From Magallana gigas (taxonomy: Eukaryota), in the NCBI RefSeq assembly GCF_963853765.1, contig NC_088859.1:38998001-39062000 (forward strand): 64,000 nucleotides of DNA, given 5' to 3'. Below the pieces are notes generated by a model. It saw only the letters and a list, made by a program, of their open reading frames with translations, did not search any database and was not told the DNA's origin. Shown here piece by piece: positions 1 to 14,000 of this stretch (positions are counted from its first letter, which is position 1; each line of letters opens with the position of its first letter). Made by a program: the position numbers and the translations under genes.

Positions 1-917
1 TTCCATCTATCACTCTTTGCGCTGCACTAATACTAACAAGTGTGTGTAAACTTAAACACCCCTATTATAAATAATGGTAAAGTCCGTTGAGGTTATTTAT
101 TTCAGTGGTTTGGATTATTCCATTTGAAGATAGGTATTTTTATATTTACGGTTTGTGATTGGTCAGTATTGGTCACTACTGATAGAGTTTGGCGGGAGAT
201 ATTCTTTTGTATTCTGGTTCTGTAATTCTTTAATTGCAACCAAGACTTCTAGCCAGACAGGTGTGTTTCAGACTGAGACAAAGCATACAGACTCAGACCT
301 GTAAGTTATTCTTTTAAAACATAATTCTTTAAGTAAATACAATTCTAAACTAGATTAAAATAAATAAATAAAGTTAATATATAAGCATGAGTGTGTAGAG
401 TGAACGTTTTGAATACAGTGCAATGTAAATATCAGTGAGCAGTATACGTCTTAAATATTTAATTGTATAGTAGACAAGATCTTATATATTGTATAAATTA
501 TAAATAGGTCAAGTCATATAATGAGCCTGATCCGCTGATTGATACTACGTATATGCAGTGTCGTGCACCTAGTTCCATAAATTGGTAACTATTTGTTGAA
601 ATTCATTATTGTAAATAGTTTTCATATAATCTATATATTAGAGTGATGTTTCTAAGAGTTGGAAATATTATTTAACATAAAATTCAGATTATCGTGTATT
701 GCGATTAAATGTAAAGTGATATAATTGACCTATAAGTAAATGTATGTTATACATGTTTGTGATGTCTATAATGTTTGTGTTGTTATAGTGGTGTGCTTAT
801 ATGTTTTATGTATTGTTTTAGGGTGAAACGATTAATGCGACGTAACGCTCAGAATATATAATATAGAACCCTACAATCGTCTTGGTGTTTTGTTTTATTC
901 GTCCAAGAACGGTTACA
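1..917 (+). mobile_element. Putative 3' part of an LTR (solo LTR or element end), BEL/Gypsy-like
   Basis: Ends ...AAGAACGGTTACA (CA terminus at 917) and contains an internal GTAAGT donor at ~301. The TG start would lie outside the window, so no TSD can be checked. Confidence 0.35.
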
Positions 918-1388
918 ATTGCCAAATGTTAACCAAATTTGTTAACCAAACTTAATACAAAGCATCCTTTTGGGTTGGGAATTTTAAATAACTTATAACT
1001 AGTATTTTCTGTGGCTCAAAATTTTTGCCATTTAGATTCTAACAGGTATCAAATTATATTTTGCGTTGCCAATTTTTGCGATTACATTAGACCGCAAAAA
1101 GAAATAAATTTCAACATAACCGTATTTATTATACAATGTGTATGATTTTGACTTCATCTTTCGTGTGGTTTTTTTTAACACTGTTTGGGGGAGTACCACC
1201 GATTCTGTGAGTAATGAGAGTGCTAATTTCCCATTACTTAATCAGCCACCTGTTGTCTCTAGCTGCAGTAATTGTCGAGTGGTCAGTGTTTATTTTTACA
1301 ATTTCTGTTAAAGCTCACATTTGTTTCATGTTAGATATCAGAATTTTGTAACTTAAAAATGTGCGTGAATACTTACAAATGATGATTA

Positions 1389-1604
1389 CTGTGGAATCAT
1401 TTAAATTCGTTGGGGTCAGTTTTCTTGGATTGTTGGATTTTTGCTTATTCGTGGTGATGTCATTTCGTGGATTTGTCGGTTTTTAGTATCGGCAAGATAA
1501 ACTCTTTCAAAATTTGTTTTCGTTGAGGATGTAAATTTGTGGGGGAGGGCTTCCCATGAATACCACGAAAATTGAGCCACCAAAAAATTTTAATGATTCC
1601 ACAG
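1389..1604. mobile_element. TA-flanked MITE (Tc1/mariner-type), family A copy 1
   Basis: TA|CTGTGGAATCATT ... AATGATTCCACAG|TA inverted termini. Related copies at ~39001-39207 and 52277-52497. Confidence 0.8.
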
Positions 1605-2379
1605 TACCGGTATATATATAAAATCTGTTTTAAATTTCATGTAACCAATAGTCAAATTACGCGTTTGTGTGTTTGACTGACTTTAACCCTTGATATTATA
1701 TAATTTGACTGATCGTTATTGAAGATTATTTTTACTTATCCAACACTTTACATCTAAGACTGTTGTTGTATAAAATAGGATTTGCAAATGAATTTCATAC
1801 AAGCTCTTAGAATACATTATTTGCAAATGCAGATCGATACATGTAACCTAAAAAAATAAATCGCATCTGATAATTTTGTTATTTTTGAGTGTGTATTTTG
1901 GTGATATATATACTTAGTCTAGAATATAAGTTTCTGGCACCATATTTTGCAAGTGTGAATTTTACGACTTGTTCCACCCAAATGATAATAAACTGATTAA
2001 TCAGGGTTAATTATCTTATCCTGAGTACTGAGCAACATACTGACCACATTTGAGAATACAACAGGTAGATACAGTATTCATTAAAATTAGTGAATGATTT
2101 AAGAATATTTTTCAATTTAATTTCTGCGAATTTTTCATACCCACAAAATACCGCAGAAAATAACAACTGCAGAAAATACCCATTATATGGTAGTTTAAAT
2201 AATTTTGTGTACAACCTCATAACCCTTATTCAAAAGAAGATCGCAGTATTCTTTTTATTTTTTATCTTTATTCATTTTCCAATTTTGTTATCTTTGATAC
2301 AATGAGACCAGAGATAAGATTTGTTTGTTGATGCAATAATAACTTGGATGTGATGTACTAAAAGTAGGTTTCAATTACC

Positions 2380-2545
2380 TTTTTTTAATATTTTGTTTTT
2401 ATGTATTGTCAATTCTTTTAATACATGTATACAAGAATTATTGCAAGTTTTATAACATTTAAGAAAAGTTTCAGATTTGGAAAAATGTTAAAAGCAATAC
2501 AAATCTTTTTCAGGTGAGCATTGTGGCCCATGGGCCTCTTGTTTG
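2380..2545 (+). mobile_element. 3' end fragment of a Helentron/HINE element
   Basis: CAGGTGAGCATTGTGGCCCATGGGCCTCTTGTT matches the subTIR + palindrome + CTTGTT end of the complete element ending at 48899. Confidence 0.6.
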
Positions 2546-2630
2546 AGAAACTCGGAGATTTTGTAGTGAATTGTTTAGTACAATTATAAAAGAGGTTATA
2601 TAGATAAAAACATATAAACAGAATGCTTAA

Positions 2631-3433
2631 AGCTATACACGCTATAATTTGCGTCAATTTTGAATGACAGTGAAAACGCATGTCTTTGTCAACTTATAAA
2701 AGTTATCCTTAATCTGTAAATTACAAGGGTGAATTCCATCTCGTTACAAAGATATATATTTTTAATTGTTTATTTTCCAGCTAGGAAAATATACCTTTTG
2801 ATGAATATTGATGAAGGAAGAGCAAACCGACCTCATTGCGCATGTCCGCGGAGAACTAGGTGGTCGTTATTGTTTGCCTAATTAAATATCCAACTTGATT
2901 TTTAATATGCTTAACAGTTGTTAATTTGAAATACATACATGTATAATGAGTAAAATACGCTTGCCATTCACGATACCCTTACTTCTGCATTAACACTTAT
3001 AGGATCTATAAATAGCACATAGGGGAAAAACACAGGTCTACGTCATTTCTTTAAAGGAAGTATTCATATCTACTCACAGGCTTGTATTTTTTTTCTTTTG
3101 TTTGTACTCGTATATCGGACAAATTTATGCTTTACTGAAAATATCCCTTCCTTTGTGAAACTATCACAATTATGAAGATGTTGACCCTTCACCAGTTTTG
3201 GTATGATAGGCTAAATTTAGCTGTCGATATCACGTGATAGATTGATATTCACGAGGAGGCATTACTTTCCTGGCAGGAAAATAAATATTTTTTATTGTTT
3301 AATATTTGATATATTTGTTACGTGATCGAATTGAGCATTATAATTAACAGAATAAAGGTAACTTTTATTAGTAATCAAACACATACATTTTCCCCTTTAT
3401 TCAAAATTGACGCAAATTATAGCGTGTATAGCT
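2631..3433. mobile_element. Non-autonomous DNA transposon, 35-bp TIRs, TTAA target duplication (Kolobok/piggyBac-type)
   Basis: TTAA|AGCTATACACGCTATAATTTGCGTCAATTTTGAAT (2631-2665) and its exact reverse complement ending at 3433, followed by TTAA. Confidence 0.85.
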
Positions 3434-5643
3434 TTAAAATTAATATGTTTTTCATACATAATCAAGTTGTGTTGATTCGATCTAAATAAAGAATGTACTA
3501 ACTGAAATGTTTTGATTGGTATTATTATTTTACTTTCAATTAGTCCACAATTTCATAAAGCAACGACAATATATCTCTATTATATAACAATACCTGATAC
3601 AGTATACCAACAATAAAGGCCTTTGATACAAAGACAACAAATTTCCACCTACTAAATTCAGATGCCAAAAGCTCCAAAATAAAACAATTAGCTGGAAATG
3701 TTCCCTGTAAAATATAAAAGGCACTACAATGCAGATCTCTATCACAGTGTCTATTAAGAAAGTTCCACAGATATATTAAATAGAGCTAAGTTTTGAAGAT
3801 TTACTGGTACATGGATATATATACAGAATTAATTAAGACCCTGGTCTACATTTCTTTTCAGTGTCAGTTATGTTACTACCACACAAGTTGCAGGATAGAA
3901 AATTCCCTGGGTAATGTGTGGGTATATAAACATGCAAAACAATGCTTTGACTTACAAGTACATATAAATGGTAAATGAAAAAAAAACCTCTAGACTTTTA
4001 ATACAACTCAAAGGAAATGCATATTTTTGGTCTATTTTCAAACTTTAAGCTGTGAAGAGTTCAAAGACAGGGCATTCAGTACAGTTCAGTTCAGTGCAGA
4101 TATTTCACATGTTAAAATTGTCTAAATGCATATATATCACAATAAGAGACACCTTTTAAAAAAATGCTCTTTTTTAAACACCATTCTCCAAAGTGTACAT
4201 ATTTCTTCAAAATGGTACTGAGTACTCAAATTATTGATTCTTGTACAATACAGATTCTCACAGCAAAACTTGGTCAATTGCAGTTAAAAGCTGGTAAAAT
4301 TAACTTTTGCTATATGCACTTGCATTCCATAAAAGCAATTTTCCAAATTAAGTGGTTTTAAATAAAAGAATTATGAGGCAAGCTTTCCTTCGCTGTAAAT
4401 ATCCTCGGCAATGGAATCTGCATTGGATAAACTATTTTACTGCTATCATATTAACACAGTCAAAATATCTAACTACATGTATAAACCATTATGAATCATT
4501 TCCATTATCCTCAAATTCCAACAAAGCACTTCACATAGTGTGTTTGAATTATTCAGCACTTAAGCACAGATAAAAGCAAAAAAAAAATAGTCAAATAATT
4601 GAAATACCGGTAATCATTAATGCATTTAACATATACATCAGTTTCTTAGCACATATGGTTTGTAGAGGTACCAGAATAATACTAGTAAGAATTTGTATCA
4701 TATATGGTAAATCTCCAGTTTAAATGGTAAATATAACCATGTTATGGATTAAACAGAAAGAACTGAACACTAATTTTGTTGCTTTGGTTGAGATTCTCCA
4801 AGATCAGGATTCAAATTCTAATCTTCATTCGTCAATAGTAATAATTTTTGCACCATTATTGCATGACTTCAATCCAAAAGTTATCTGCAAATTAGTAAAA
4901 AAAATGGATTAAAAGACAGTAAAGAAGCATCTTAATCTACAAGTATTGTTACCTCAAACATCACTTGTAAAACCAGTAGTTAAAGTATATCATTTATAAT
5001 TTTATCATAACTTATGCTAAGTTTTACTTGTTCGCTAAGATCAAGGTTTAGTGTTAGTTCAATGTTACTTCTTTTGAACTTCCAATAATATGTTGGTCAC
5101 CCTTTAAGTTTGACCTGCCTAGAGTCATATTTTACCCACTGAATGTATAGATATGACACTATTGTATTATTGATATTATAAATGCATATGGGCTAAAGTG
5201 GTCTAACCCTCAGACAATCTACAGTAAGTTTTTTAGCAATGTTCAATTGCTTTATCTCTAGTAAATATTTTTAACATAAATGACATATTACACATCGACT
5301 TACATAATTTTCTGGAAAAAATTTCATGTAACAAGATATATTTGCTCTAAATTTTGAAACATACTTGTCTAAATAAAGTTTGTTGGATTATGTATCAACT
5401 TAGTAATTGATTTTTATTCTCTCAGAATCAATCTCATAAATAATGGTAGCTTTATAAAATACCCAGATTAATGAACAACTAAATGCTCCATAAATCAAAA
5501 AGTTTAGGTTCACAAGATTACATTATGAATTTAATTAGTAAAAACCTAAACACTCATTAGGTAGCTGTGCACTAACAGAAATCACCTGTCAATTCAATCA
5601 CAGATGTGCAGAAATTACAACTCACCAGAGTACGAGACCTTTG

Positions 5644-8085
5644 TTAGGATGAAGACTGCTGACTGGGTTTCTGTGCCTTGTTCACATTACACAACCATTT
5701 TATGATCCTAGCATTTGTTTCTACTATAGAAGTTTGTTTGCTGTTACGCTCGGCTATTTTTTTATCTGTTTCTGACATTTCACCGCCCTGTGAAGCATCA
5801 CTGCAGGAGCTCCTATCATTTGGAGCAGACGCAATGGAACTCATGCTCTGTAACTCATGAGCCTGAGTTCTGTGGTGAAGTCTAAGCATCGGGTCCAACA
5901 CTGTTCGGTCAATGCCCATTTGATCAAAAAATCTCTCCAAATCTGTGCTTGTCCTTGACCTCCTTGAGCTGAGGTCAGACATATCTGAACTTGTCCTTGA
6001 GTGTCGACAGCTAAGGTCAGACTGAGATCTGTGGAGGGTCTTTTTTCTTCTCACTATACCATGTTCATTTTCTGACCCTTTTTTTGTAGGATTAGAGCAT
6101 CGTTTTTCAACAAGCACTGTCACTGATGTACTAAGAGACTGATATGAAGTAGGAACTAAGAAATCTTTAGATCTCACAGGTGGCTTTGGTCTCTCCGGAA
6201 TTTTGGGCTTTTCTGGAAGTTTAGGTCTCTCTGGAATTTTGGGCTTTTCTGGAAGTTTTGGTTTTTCTTTGACAGCGGAATCCATATTCACTCCATGGTC
6301 CTTATGTTTGATATCGGAACTATTTGACAAAGATGCACAAACTTTTATTTTTTGATTTTCACTCAGCACTGGGGACACAATATAATCGGGTTCTTTGGGT
6401 CCAATTCTCCCAGCTTCAGGACTGCTTTGTCCAAGTCTACCACCATCCCCACTCACCAGCCGAACACGTTTGGAAGACCCAGAATGCACCGAGCTATTTG
6501 AATTTTTCTTCTGAACACATTTACCATCAGTTCTCTCAACAGATATATGTGGTGCTGAAGTATCACCTATATGATCCAAAGAATCCCTTCCTGTTCCATA
6601 CTCTGACACAGGGCGAACAGGACAATTGCTTGGGATATTGCTATTTGACCTTAAACAGAGACAATATTGATTATAGCCTTTTATGTACATTTGTTCTCAG
6701 AAAACTCATGTCAATTATCAATCAAGCTGATGATTTTCAAATATTACTGTGATTAAGTCATTGTACCAGAAAGGGCTGCAGCTGAATTTCTTGGATGGAG
6801 AATATTGATTTATATTGATTAAATACATTTTTTGGAGTACATTCAATCATCCTCTTATACCTGCTCATCAGTTTCTACTGAAGCATAAAATGAAGCTTGC
6901 GAGTTGGATTATAAATAAGTTTTTTATTGGGGCAAATAAGTTTAATATTCCATAAGTCATTAAGAGATTTGTGTTCCTTAAAATTTATAACATCCTTCAT
7001 ATCAAAACTACCAGCAATGAAAAAGAATAACCACTTACTTTTCCGATTTTTCACTTCACTAAATACAAAATTATCTCAAAATTTTAGAGCTATTAATTAA
7101 GTATCTAAAAACAAAGATAACTAGTTGAGAGAATACTGCATCAGAAATAATGAAGTCAAACTCCCTAAAAATCAATTCTACTGCGACACCGATCTGCTGC
7201 ACTGAAATTTACATGCTGTACTTACTGATTCCCAATATGCAGAACCTCAGGGTGCTTTAGCTCCTGCTTGTGATTTAATACGCTGACACTCTTCACATAC
7301 TCCGACTTGGATGCCTCTAAAAGTTCCACCGCACTCTTGCGTCTACGAGCTGTAATTGCATGAAGAAATTTGTCAGATGTTTCATGTTATGCACTCTCCT
7401 TCAAAACTGCAGATCAACTTGAAGGACAAGCAGCCTTCACTTTTCTTTAGCTTGTGGTTTGGGATCTCTCAATGAGTGGCCTCCCTTGCCTCAACTGATT
7501 GTTTTAGCAGCAAGCATATTACCTGTTTTGATTGCCACAATATATCACTTCAGACCTGATCCTATCTTAAGAGATACACAGCTTCATCTGGATAGCATAT
7601 CAGAATCTCTTCATGTTTAGTCTTGTGAGAATTTTTTATTGATAAATCAGACAAAAGTAAAGGAGACTGCTGCTCTAAGTGGACTCCAAATTATGAAATA
7701 TATACAAAGTGCATACTGAATACTTTGAAAAAAAATATTCAAAAGCTTCCCACTTAAAAACATTAATGTAAATGTTTATTCTTTTTTGGGAAAGCATGAT
7801 AGAATAATTTTTATATCGAATACAAATAAATCTTTTAAAATAAAATCAGAATTACTAGTAATTTGTAGTATTTTATACCTGTATTTCATTTTAAATGTAT
7901 ATAGTTTCATAAAATTGAAATTTCAAATCCAGAAATCAATGGACAATAATCCTCTTTTTGGACTACCTGTACATTTTGTACTCACCAAATATCCCTGTGT
8001 TGGCATTGTTCCGCCTGAGAAATTCTGCTCCTTTGCTGGCCAGTCGGTCAGGAGTCTGAGTAATTGAGGTCAACTGAAGGCTCAT
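5644..8085 (-). CDS. FAM110: FAM110 family protein, ~409 aa, 3 coding exons
   Basis: Exons 8085-7986, 7349-7226 and 6649-5644 have GT-AG boundaries with matching phases (1230 nt). N-terminal RLASKGAEFLRR and RRRKSAVELLEASKSEYVKS, and C-terminal RSQSDLS / DLERFFDQMG / SIVETNARIIKWL, match remembered FAM110 N- and C-terminal motifs. The ORF-track Met at 6690 lies in the intron. Confidence 0.88.
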
Positions 8086-8348
8086 GTCTGAAACTCTCAC
8101 AGTCTCCTATTTGCTTCCAAATCTTCATTTGCCAATGCTACAGCCCATTAGCTATAACATAGAAAATGCCACTTGAAAAAATGTTGCAGTACCAGAATAA
8201 ATTAACAAATTAATTATGATTTGCCCTAGATATAATGCATGCATTAACACAGGTGCTTTCATTTCATTTGTTTATGGCACAATGCATACAGTGGATATAC
8301 AAATGGCATTATGTTATTGTTGATGTGCAAAATTCTTAAATATCATTA

Positions 8349-8522
8349 CAGTAAAACACGGTTATAGCGAACACGCTTATAATGAATTGACGCTTACAGC
8401 TAAGTGATTTTCATTCCCCGTGACTGTATTACATGTTGTAAACTTGACGAATATAACGAATTACACATATAACGAAGCAAATTCGCCCGTCCCTGGCACT
8501 TCGTTATAACCGTGTTTTACTG
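8349..8522. mobile_element. Mariner-type MITE
   Basis: TA|CAGTAAAACACGGTTATA ... TATAACCGTGTTTTACTG inverted termini. A related, more degenerate element lies at ~51600-52019. Confidence 0.8.
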
Positions 8523-11500
8523 CACATGTAGAGCAACTTTTTTTTCCATTTTATTAGAACTGTAGTGTAGTTTATCTTCTATTAATTAGTGTATTGTGCA
8601 GAAAAAAAATCATGTTTGTTATTGTTTCCCAGTCCCTGTGTACCTATCTGTTGTTTACATGCCCTAACAAATTTTTCAGAGGATTTAACAACAGTGTACA
8701 TGTAACTAAAGCTCAAATACACGCCTGGTTAGAGCAAATACAGAAATTTAAAGACCTCATTCTCTTTTTAAAAACTTCTGAAAATGAACTCAATTATACA
8801 ACCAAACAGATTGACAATGAAATAGCATTCAATGAATAGACAAAAACTGACTTGCTTTTCCAAATCATTAAATGCTTCTACCTTGAGTTTCCATTGTTCC
8901 TACAGATGCACAGTTTTGGTTGTCTAACAATAAAATGGTTGTCAGTGAATGGGCGAAACATTTTTTTTTTGGAAGCATTGTGTGTAAAAATAACAACTAC
9001 CAACCACAGGAAAAGTTTTATGCTTTACATCATCATTCAAATTGCAAAATATGTCGTATGACACTTAGTCAACAAGTGTTAAAAATCAATGTGAGATTTA
9101 TAAAAAGTGTTATTCAGCTAGGTTGTTTATCTTATATATCAATGATAAAAATTACATTTTTTTTAATAAATACTAAGAGAAACTAATTCACAAAGTACCT
9201 TATATATCTTCCGCATTGTACCTGCCTCACCATACTGTATTAGTGACTCATTGACATATTTAGTCTGACTAAGGTAGAATAATCAATAGTCAATACTCTA
9301 TGTCCCCCACATTGTGCAGTAAAAAGACAAATCAATAAAGGACTTGTTATCAATGAACTTTATGACACTTAACAAGCAATTAAAGCTTGGTCAAAATGGC
9401 CAGTCTTGCCCATGTAACAATGAAGTTGATCCCTTAGGTATACTTGTAATAGAAATATAAGTGATCAAAACAAGACAATCTTAAAAAGATCTTTACAAAC
9501 TAAGTATAATTATCATGCCAGCACCTTGACCCCAAATATCCAGACATGGGGAAGACTTTTAATGAACAGATTTTATGAATAATTAAGTAGCTAAGCTCTT
9601 GAGATTACAGGCCATTAAATCTAAAGTCACTAATCTTATATAAGTATGCATGACTTTCTGCCTTGGAATGATAAAGGTGTATACACATGTCGTTAATTTA
9701 CCTTAGTTTACAGCAACATTACATTAAAGCCAGTAATTTGTTTAACACCACTCCTTCAGAAAATCGTCAAAAAAACCCCAGACATCTGAAGCACACCTGA
9801 GAACATGATGAGCCCAAGATGAAAGGCACATACGTAGAAGCCGACATTAATGCTTTATCTAATTAAAGAAAATAAGATGTCCATGGGGATAAACAATTAT
9901 TAGCGAAACACACTTCTATCCTGGTTTATGGTCAATGAATCATGTTAACGAGATAGTGATCACCAAGATCAAGTCGACCATATCATTAGTAAAGGTAAAA
10001 ATGTCCGATAACTGTGTCATCAATCACTGGGTCTTATCCTAATGCCTGGCCCCTCCAAAACTCATTCTTTGTAACAAGGATGTATTTCATAAAATAGGTA
10101 TAATGTTTGCTGCGTAAAAGTCACACATCTATGAAACTCAGTAACTCTTATGTTTCAAATTTCTTTACAAAGTAGTCATGTATCTATCATTGATAAGGAT
10201 TACTGTTAAACATTAACACACGCTGACACAGAGAGCACATTAGCCTGCAATAATACTTATTCTCAGTGTACTTTTTAAAGTGTTCCCCACTTTCAAAATA
10301 TTTTAAACACCTTACCTCTTTGTCACTAATCATGAGTCCATGATATTAGCTGCGTGATAGAGACAGGTGAAATACAACAGGAAATGCCAACGTCATTTAC
10401 CAGGAGATAAAACTGAAACAACTTGAGAGAGTTGATATCCTCAGTCTATGAACCAATGACTGTGACCTGTGCCAACAACAGACTGGGTATACCTGATACC
10501 TTTGTTGTGGGTAGGAACCAATCGAGCATTAAATACCTCTATGGCTCTCTATACATTATATTGACCGATACAGAACATATTACATGGAAATACCTAGTTA
10601 AGCTTTAGTTTAATAAAGTTCAAAGAATCATCTGACAATACAGGGTCAAAGACAACATCTTTTTTTTTATAACTAAAGGTTTATTTGACCCCAGGTAGAC
10701 ACTGTGTCATATGACATAACTGTTCTGTCTCCATTATTACAAAGAAATAAAGAAAAGCCAAACATTTGGTTACTGGTTACGTGCCATTTTATCTTCACAC
10801 AATCACATAACTTGTTGCATTAAACAAAACAGCTGACAATTGTTCCCCGCTTATTTAAAGTTTCCTTGGGAAATGTTAAGCTTCCTCATACAACAACTTT
10901 AAATGTAAACATTAACTATATATACCTTGCATGTCCATTCTTCCTTGGGAATACACTTGCACAAAAGAGCATTTTTAAGCTTATGTACCTGGGCTTTATA
11001 GCATGATTTTTTTCCCAGCTTGTTTGAGGGGAGAGATTTATCATCGACCTTGAGAAGATGTAGGACATTTAAAAGTTACAGCTATAGATGTGATCTTGAA
11101 TGACCTTGTAATGAAGAGTATATGTTTCTTATTTTCATGAAATGGGTCTACATCTCTTATTACAAGTAGCAAACCTGTCTGAAAAAGTGTTGTGAAACCA
11201 TTGCTTGGGAGTTTCAAAATAGGCAATCGATGAATTGCAAAATGCATCAATTTCTGGCTTCATGTTAAAATTTGGCATACATTTACTCATTCTCAAATTC
11301 TTCTATTATATGATCCATTGAATACATGTACATATACATGCAGTATAATACTAATAAAAATAGTTTGGAAAAAACAGACCAAGGATTTTATTTTTCTGAT
11401 ATCAGTGATCACTGATGTATAATATATTTATACCATTTATTTTGCTGTATAATGATAACCATAAGGATCTTTTCATTCATCTGTTATATTTATAAATAAG

Positions 11501-13634
11501 AATAATATTGACAATGAACAGTTAAAACAAAGTGAAATATATGTGCATGCAGGAAACTCCCTGTAAAAAATATCAAAATTGAGATATATTTTACATCTGG
11601 TGCTGACAATATGCTTTATATAACCATGAGGAATTACAAAAGTGATTTTATCACTAATCCAACAACCATATCAGTTTTGCCTGCAAACATGGAGATCTAA
11701 ACAGAAGTATTGACTACTCTCGTTTCCATGCAGACAATCTCTGCTTGAGGCAGATAATTTTGTTACTTAGGAAATGTAAAATACTGGTCAAACATGAGGA
11801 CTAGGAGACTAGGAGAGGTACATGTATGGCACACCCTCATCCAGTGAAGTACTTCCTTTTGAAAAATGTGATTTCATTTTCTAGACTATTTAATAATTTA
11901 TCTGCTTTTCTTTCAGTATACATGTATAAAGGACTTCTTAATCCATCTTAAGAGTGGGGTCTAAAGATTCCAATGTCAATTTTTGTACTTTTCATCTTAT
12001 TTACTTAGCATTGAAATTGGGGGGGGGGGGGGGGGGGACTAAGCACGTAACATATTATCATGTCAAGAGATGGATTTCTAACTGTTTCTCAGACAATCTT
12101 AACTATCAGGTCCATAGTATAATTAACATCATTTTAATGATTGAACAAAAATCTAAATTCTAATTAGGTTTAACTTATTCTCTTTTGAGAAGTGACTAGG
12201 CAAAGGCATCAACCACTTCAAGTGGATGAATAAGGCTATACCTGTCCACTTCTCAAAAGAGAACAGATTTAAGAAAGGATAATCTAATCTTGCTAGGCTT
12301 TGCTCTGGTGACATGAGTCTGGTCATATTAAGCTAAACTGGGTCCGTAAGACATCTGTCATTTTACATAATAGTAAAACATTCTATCGGACACATACATG
12401 TACAGAATAAGCTCTCTGGGACTATATTTTGGCTGGTTTGTCAAGGAACATATAAACATATCCCTGCATGGTCTGTCAGCCCAATTAAACTTTCAAAGAG
12501 AAAAGAGAGATGAAGTCTTCTGTTTGCACTTTATTTATATAGCAAGAAAGTGGGAATTTTCCAGAGACACATCTAACGTCCCTGAATTTTTTAAAGATCT
12601 GCTAATCATTTTCCTAAATTTCAAAATTCTTAAATCTTTAACATATTAATCAAAATTTCATGTCCACCATCTTATAAAAAATTATCTAACAATCAACCTC
12701 AGACTAACTATTAACCATTATTTTCTTTTTTCCATAGTGAATGTAAGCATTAAACTTTAACGTTATATACTCACTGGACTCAACCGAAACGATTGCTCTG
12801 AACTACATTTAAAAGGGGCCTGAGGAAATTCAGAATAAATCACTACGTGTATGCCAAATGCACCAAAACTATGATGGAAATGTGTTCATTTGGTTTTATA
12901 AGGACAAAACAGCAATTGGACAAAATCGAAATAAACAGTAACATTACCTCTCACGGGAAAATCCAACACTTTTGACCAGCGCGGTAAACACGCACCTGTT
13001 ATTTTCAATTTCATTGTTTACATGGTGGAGTTAAATACAAGTTATGTCCCTTTGTGCAGATCTCTAGAAAAGTGCGAGTCCAGGGACGGATCTAGGTATT
13101 TCTTCTCTTGAAATGAGTCCAAAATGGACTTCACTTATTCAGTCTTATTTTGTGATATGTCTATAATCATAATTGAACTTTATACAAAATTGTCAAAAAT
13201 TGAGATCCATGCAAAACCTTTAAGGCCTACTGTACACAAGAGCATACGTACATAATATACGTACCCTGTATAATATATGGGCATAGTATGGCCCCAAAAA
13301 TGAACATCAATTTAATCTTTCTTTGTGCGGATATACATAGGTTTGTTTGGGTTTTTTTTTTTTTCATTTTGATCCAAATGCCAAATTTTTTTAAATATGA
13401 CATCAAAACGTTAGACTTTTCCCGCCATTTTCGCATTTTGGGCATAAATTATAAATGACTTGTTTTTAATATTTTTTTTAATACAAAAACATTGAGCGAT
13501 TTCTTGAACAAACAAAATATTTTCTGTAAACATAATAAGAAAAATGTTAGTTTTTTACTTAGATTCTGACGTCATATACTGCTATAGTGATTGCAATTTT
13601 TAAATAAAATAAATAAATGAAAAATATAATAGAC

Positions 13635-13785
13635 ACCGATTGCGTAGTCCAGAAAAATCTGTTTGACTTCAAAGAGCCATCATGATGGCTGAGTGGCATA
13701 CAATGAAACATAGAGCCTTACGTCACATTGCCGTTTGACACAACTATCCAAAGTCCAAGCTCTTGTTCAAATGGTTCTGTATTAA
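13635..13785 (-). mobile_element. Partial copy of MITE family B
   Basis: Reverse complement reads AACAAGAGCTTGGACTTTGGATAGTTGTGTCAAAC..., matching the copies at 20131 and 22884. Confidence 0.7.
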
Positions 13786-13954
13786 ATCGGTATTAAATTA
13801 TTATAACACTTATTTCAAAATATACTAGTAACGTAACAATGTTTAAATGTTCATGAAACACATTCCAAAAATTGCGAATTGTGGAGGCCAAAGACTTATA
13901 TCATAACTATATATAATCTATCATTTTCTTGCTGATACTGCCAACATGCATTGT

Positions 13955-13956
13955 TT

Positions 13957-13987
<31 letters not shown>

Positions 13988-14000
13988 GGGTGTGTGTGTG
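13955..14000. repeat. (TG)n microsatellite
   Basis: Direct reading. Confidence 0.9.

Noticed and set aside
6650-6690. ORF-track start MYIKGYNQYCLCL for FAM110
   Set aside because: It lies in the intron upstream of the TTTAAG acceptor; the real N-terminus comes from the exons at 8085 and 7349.
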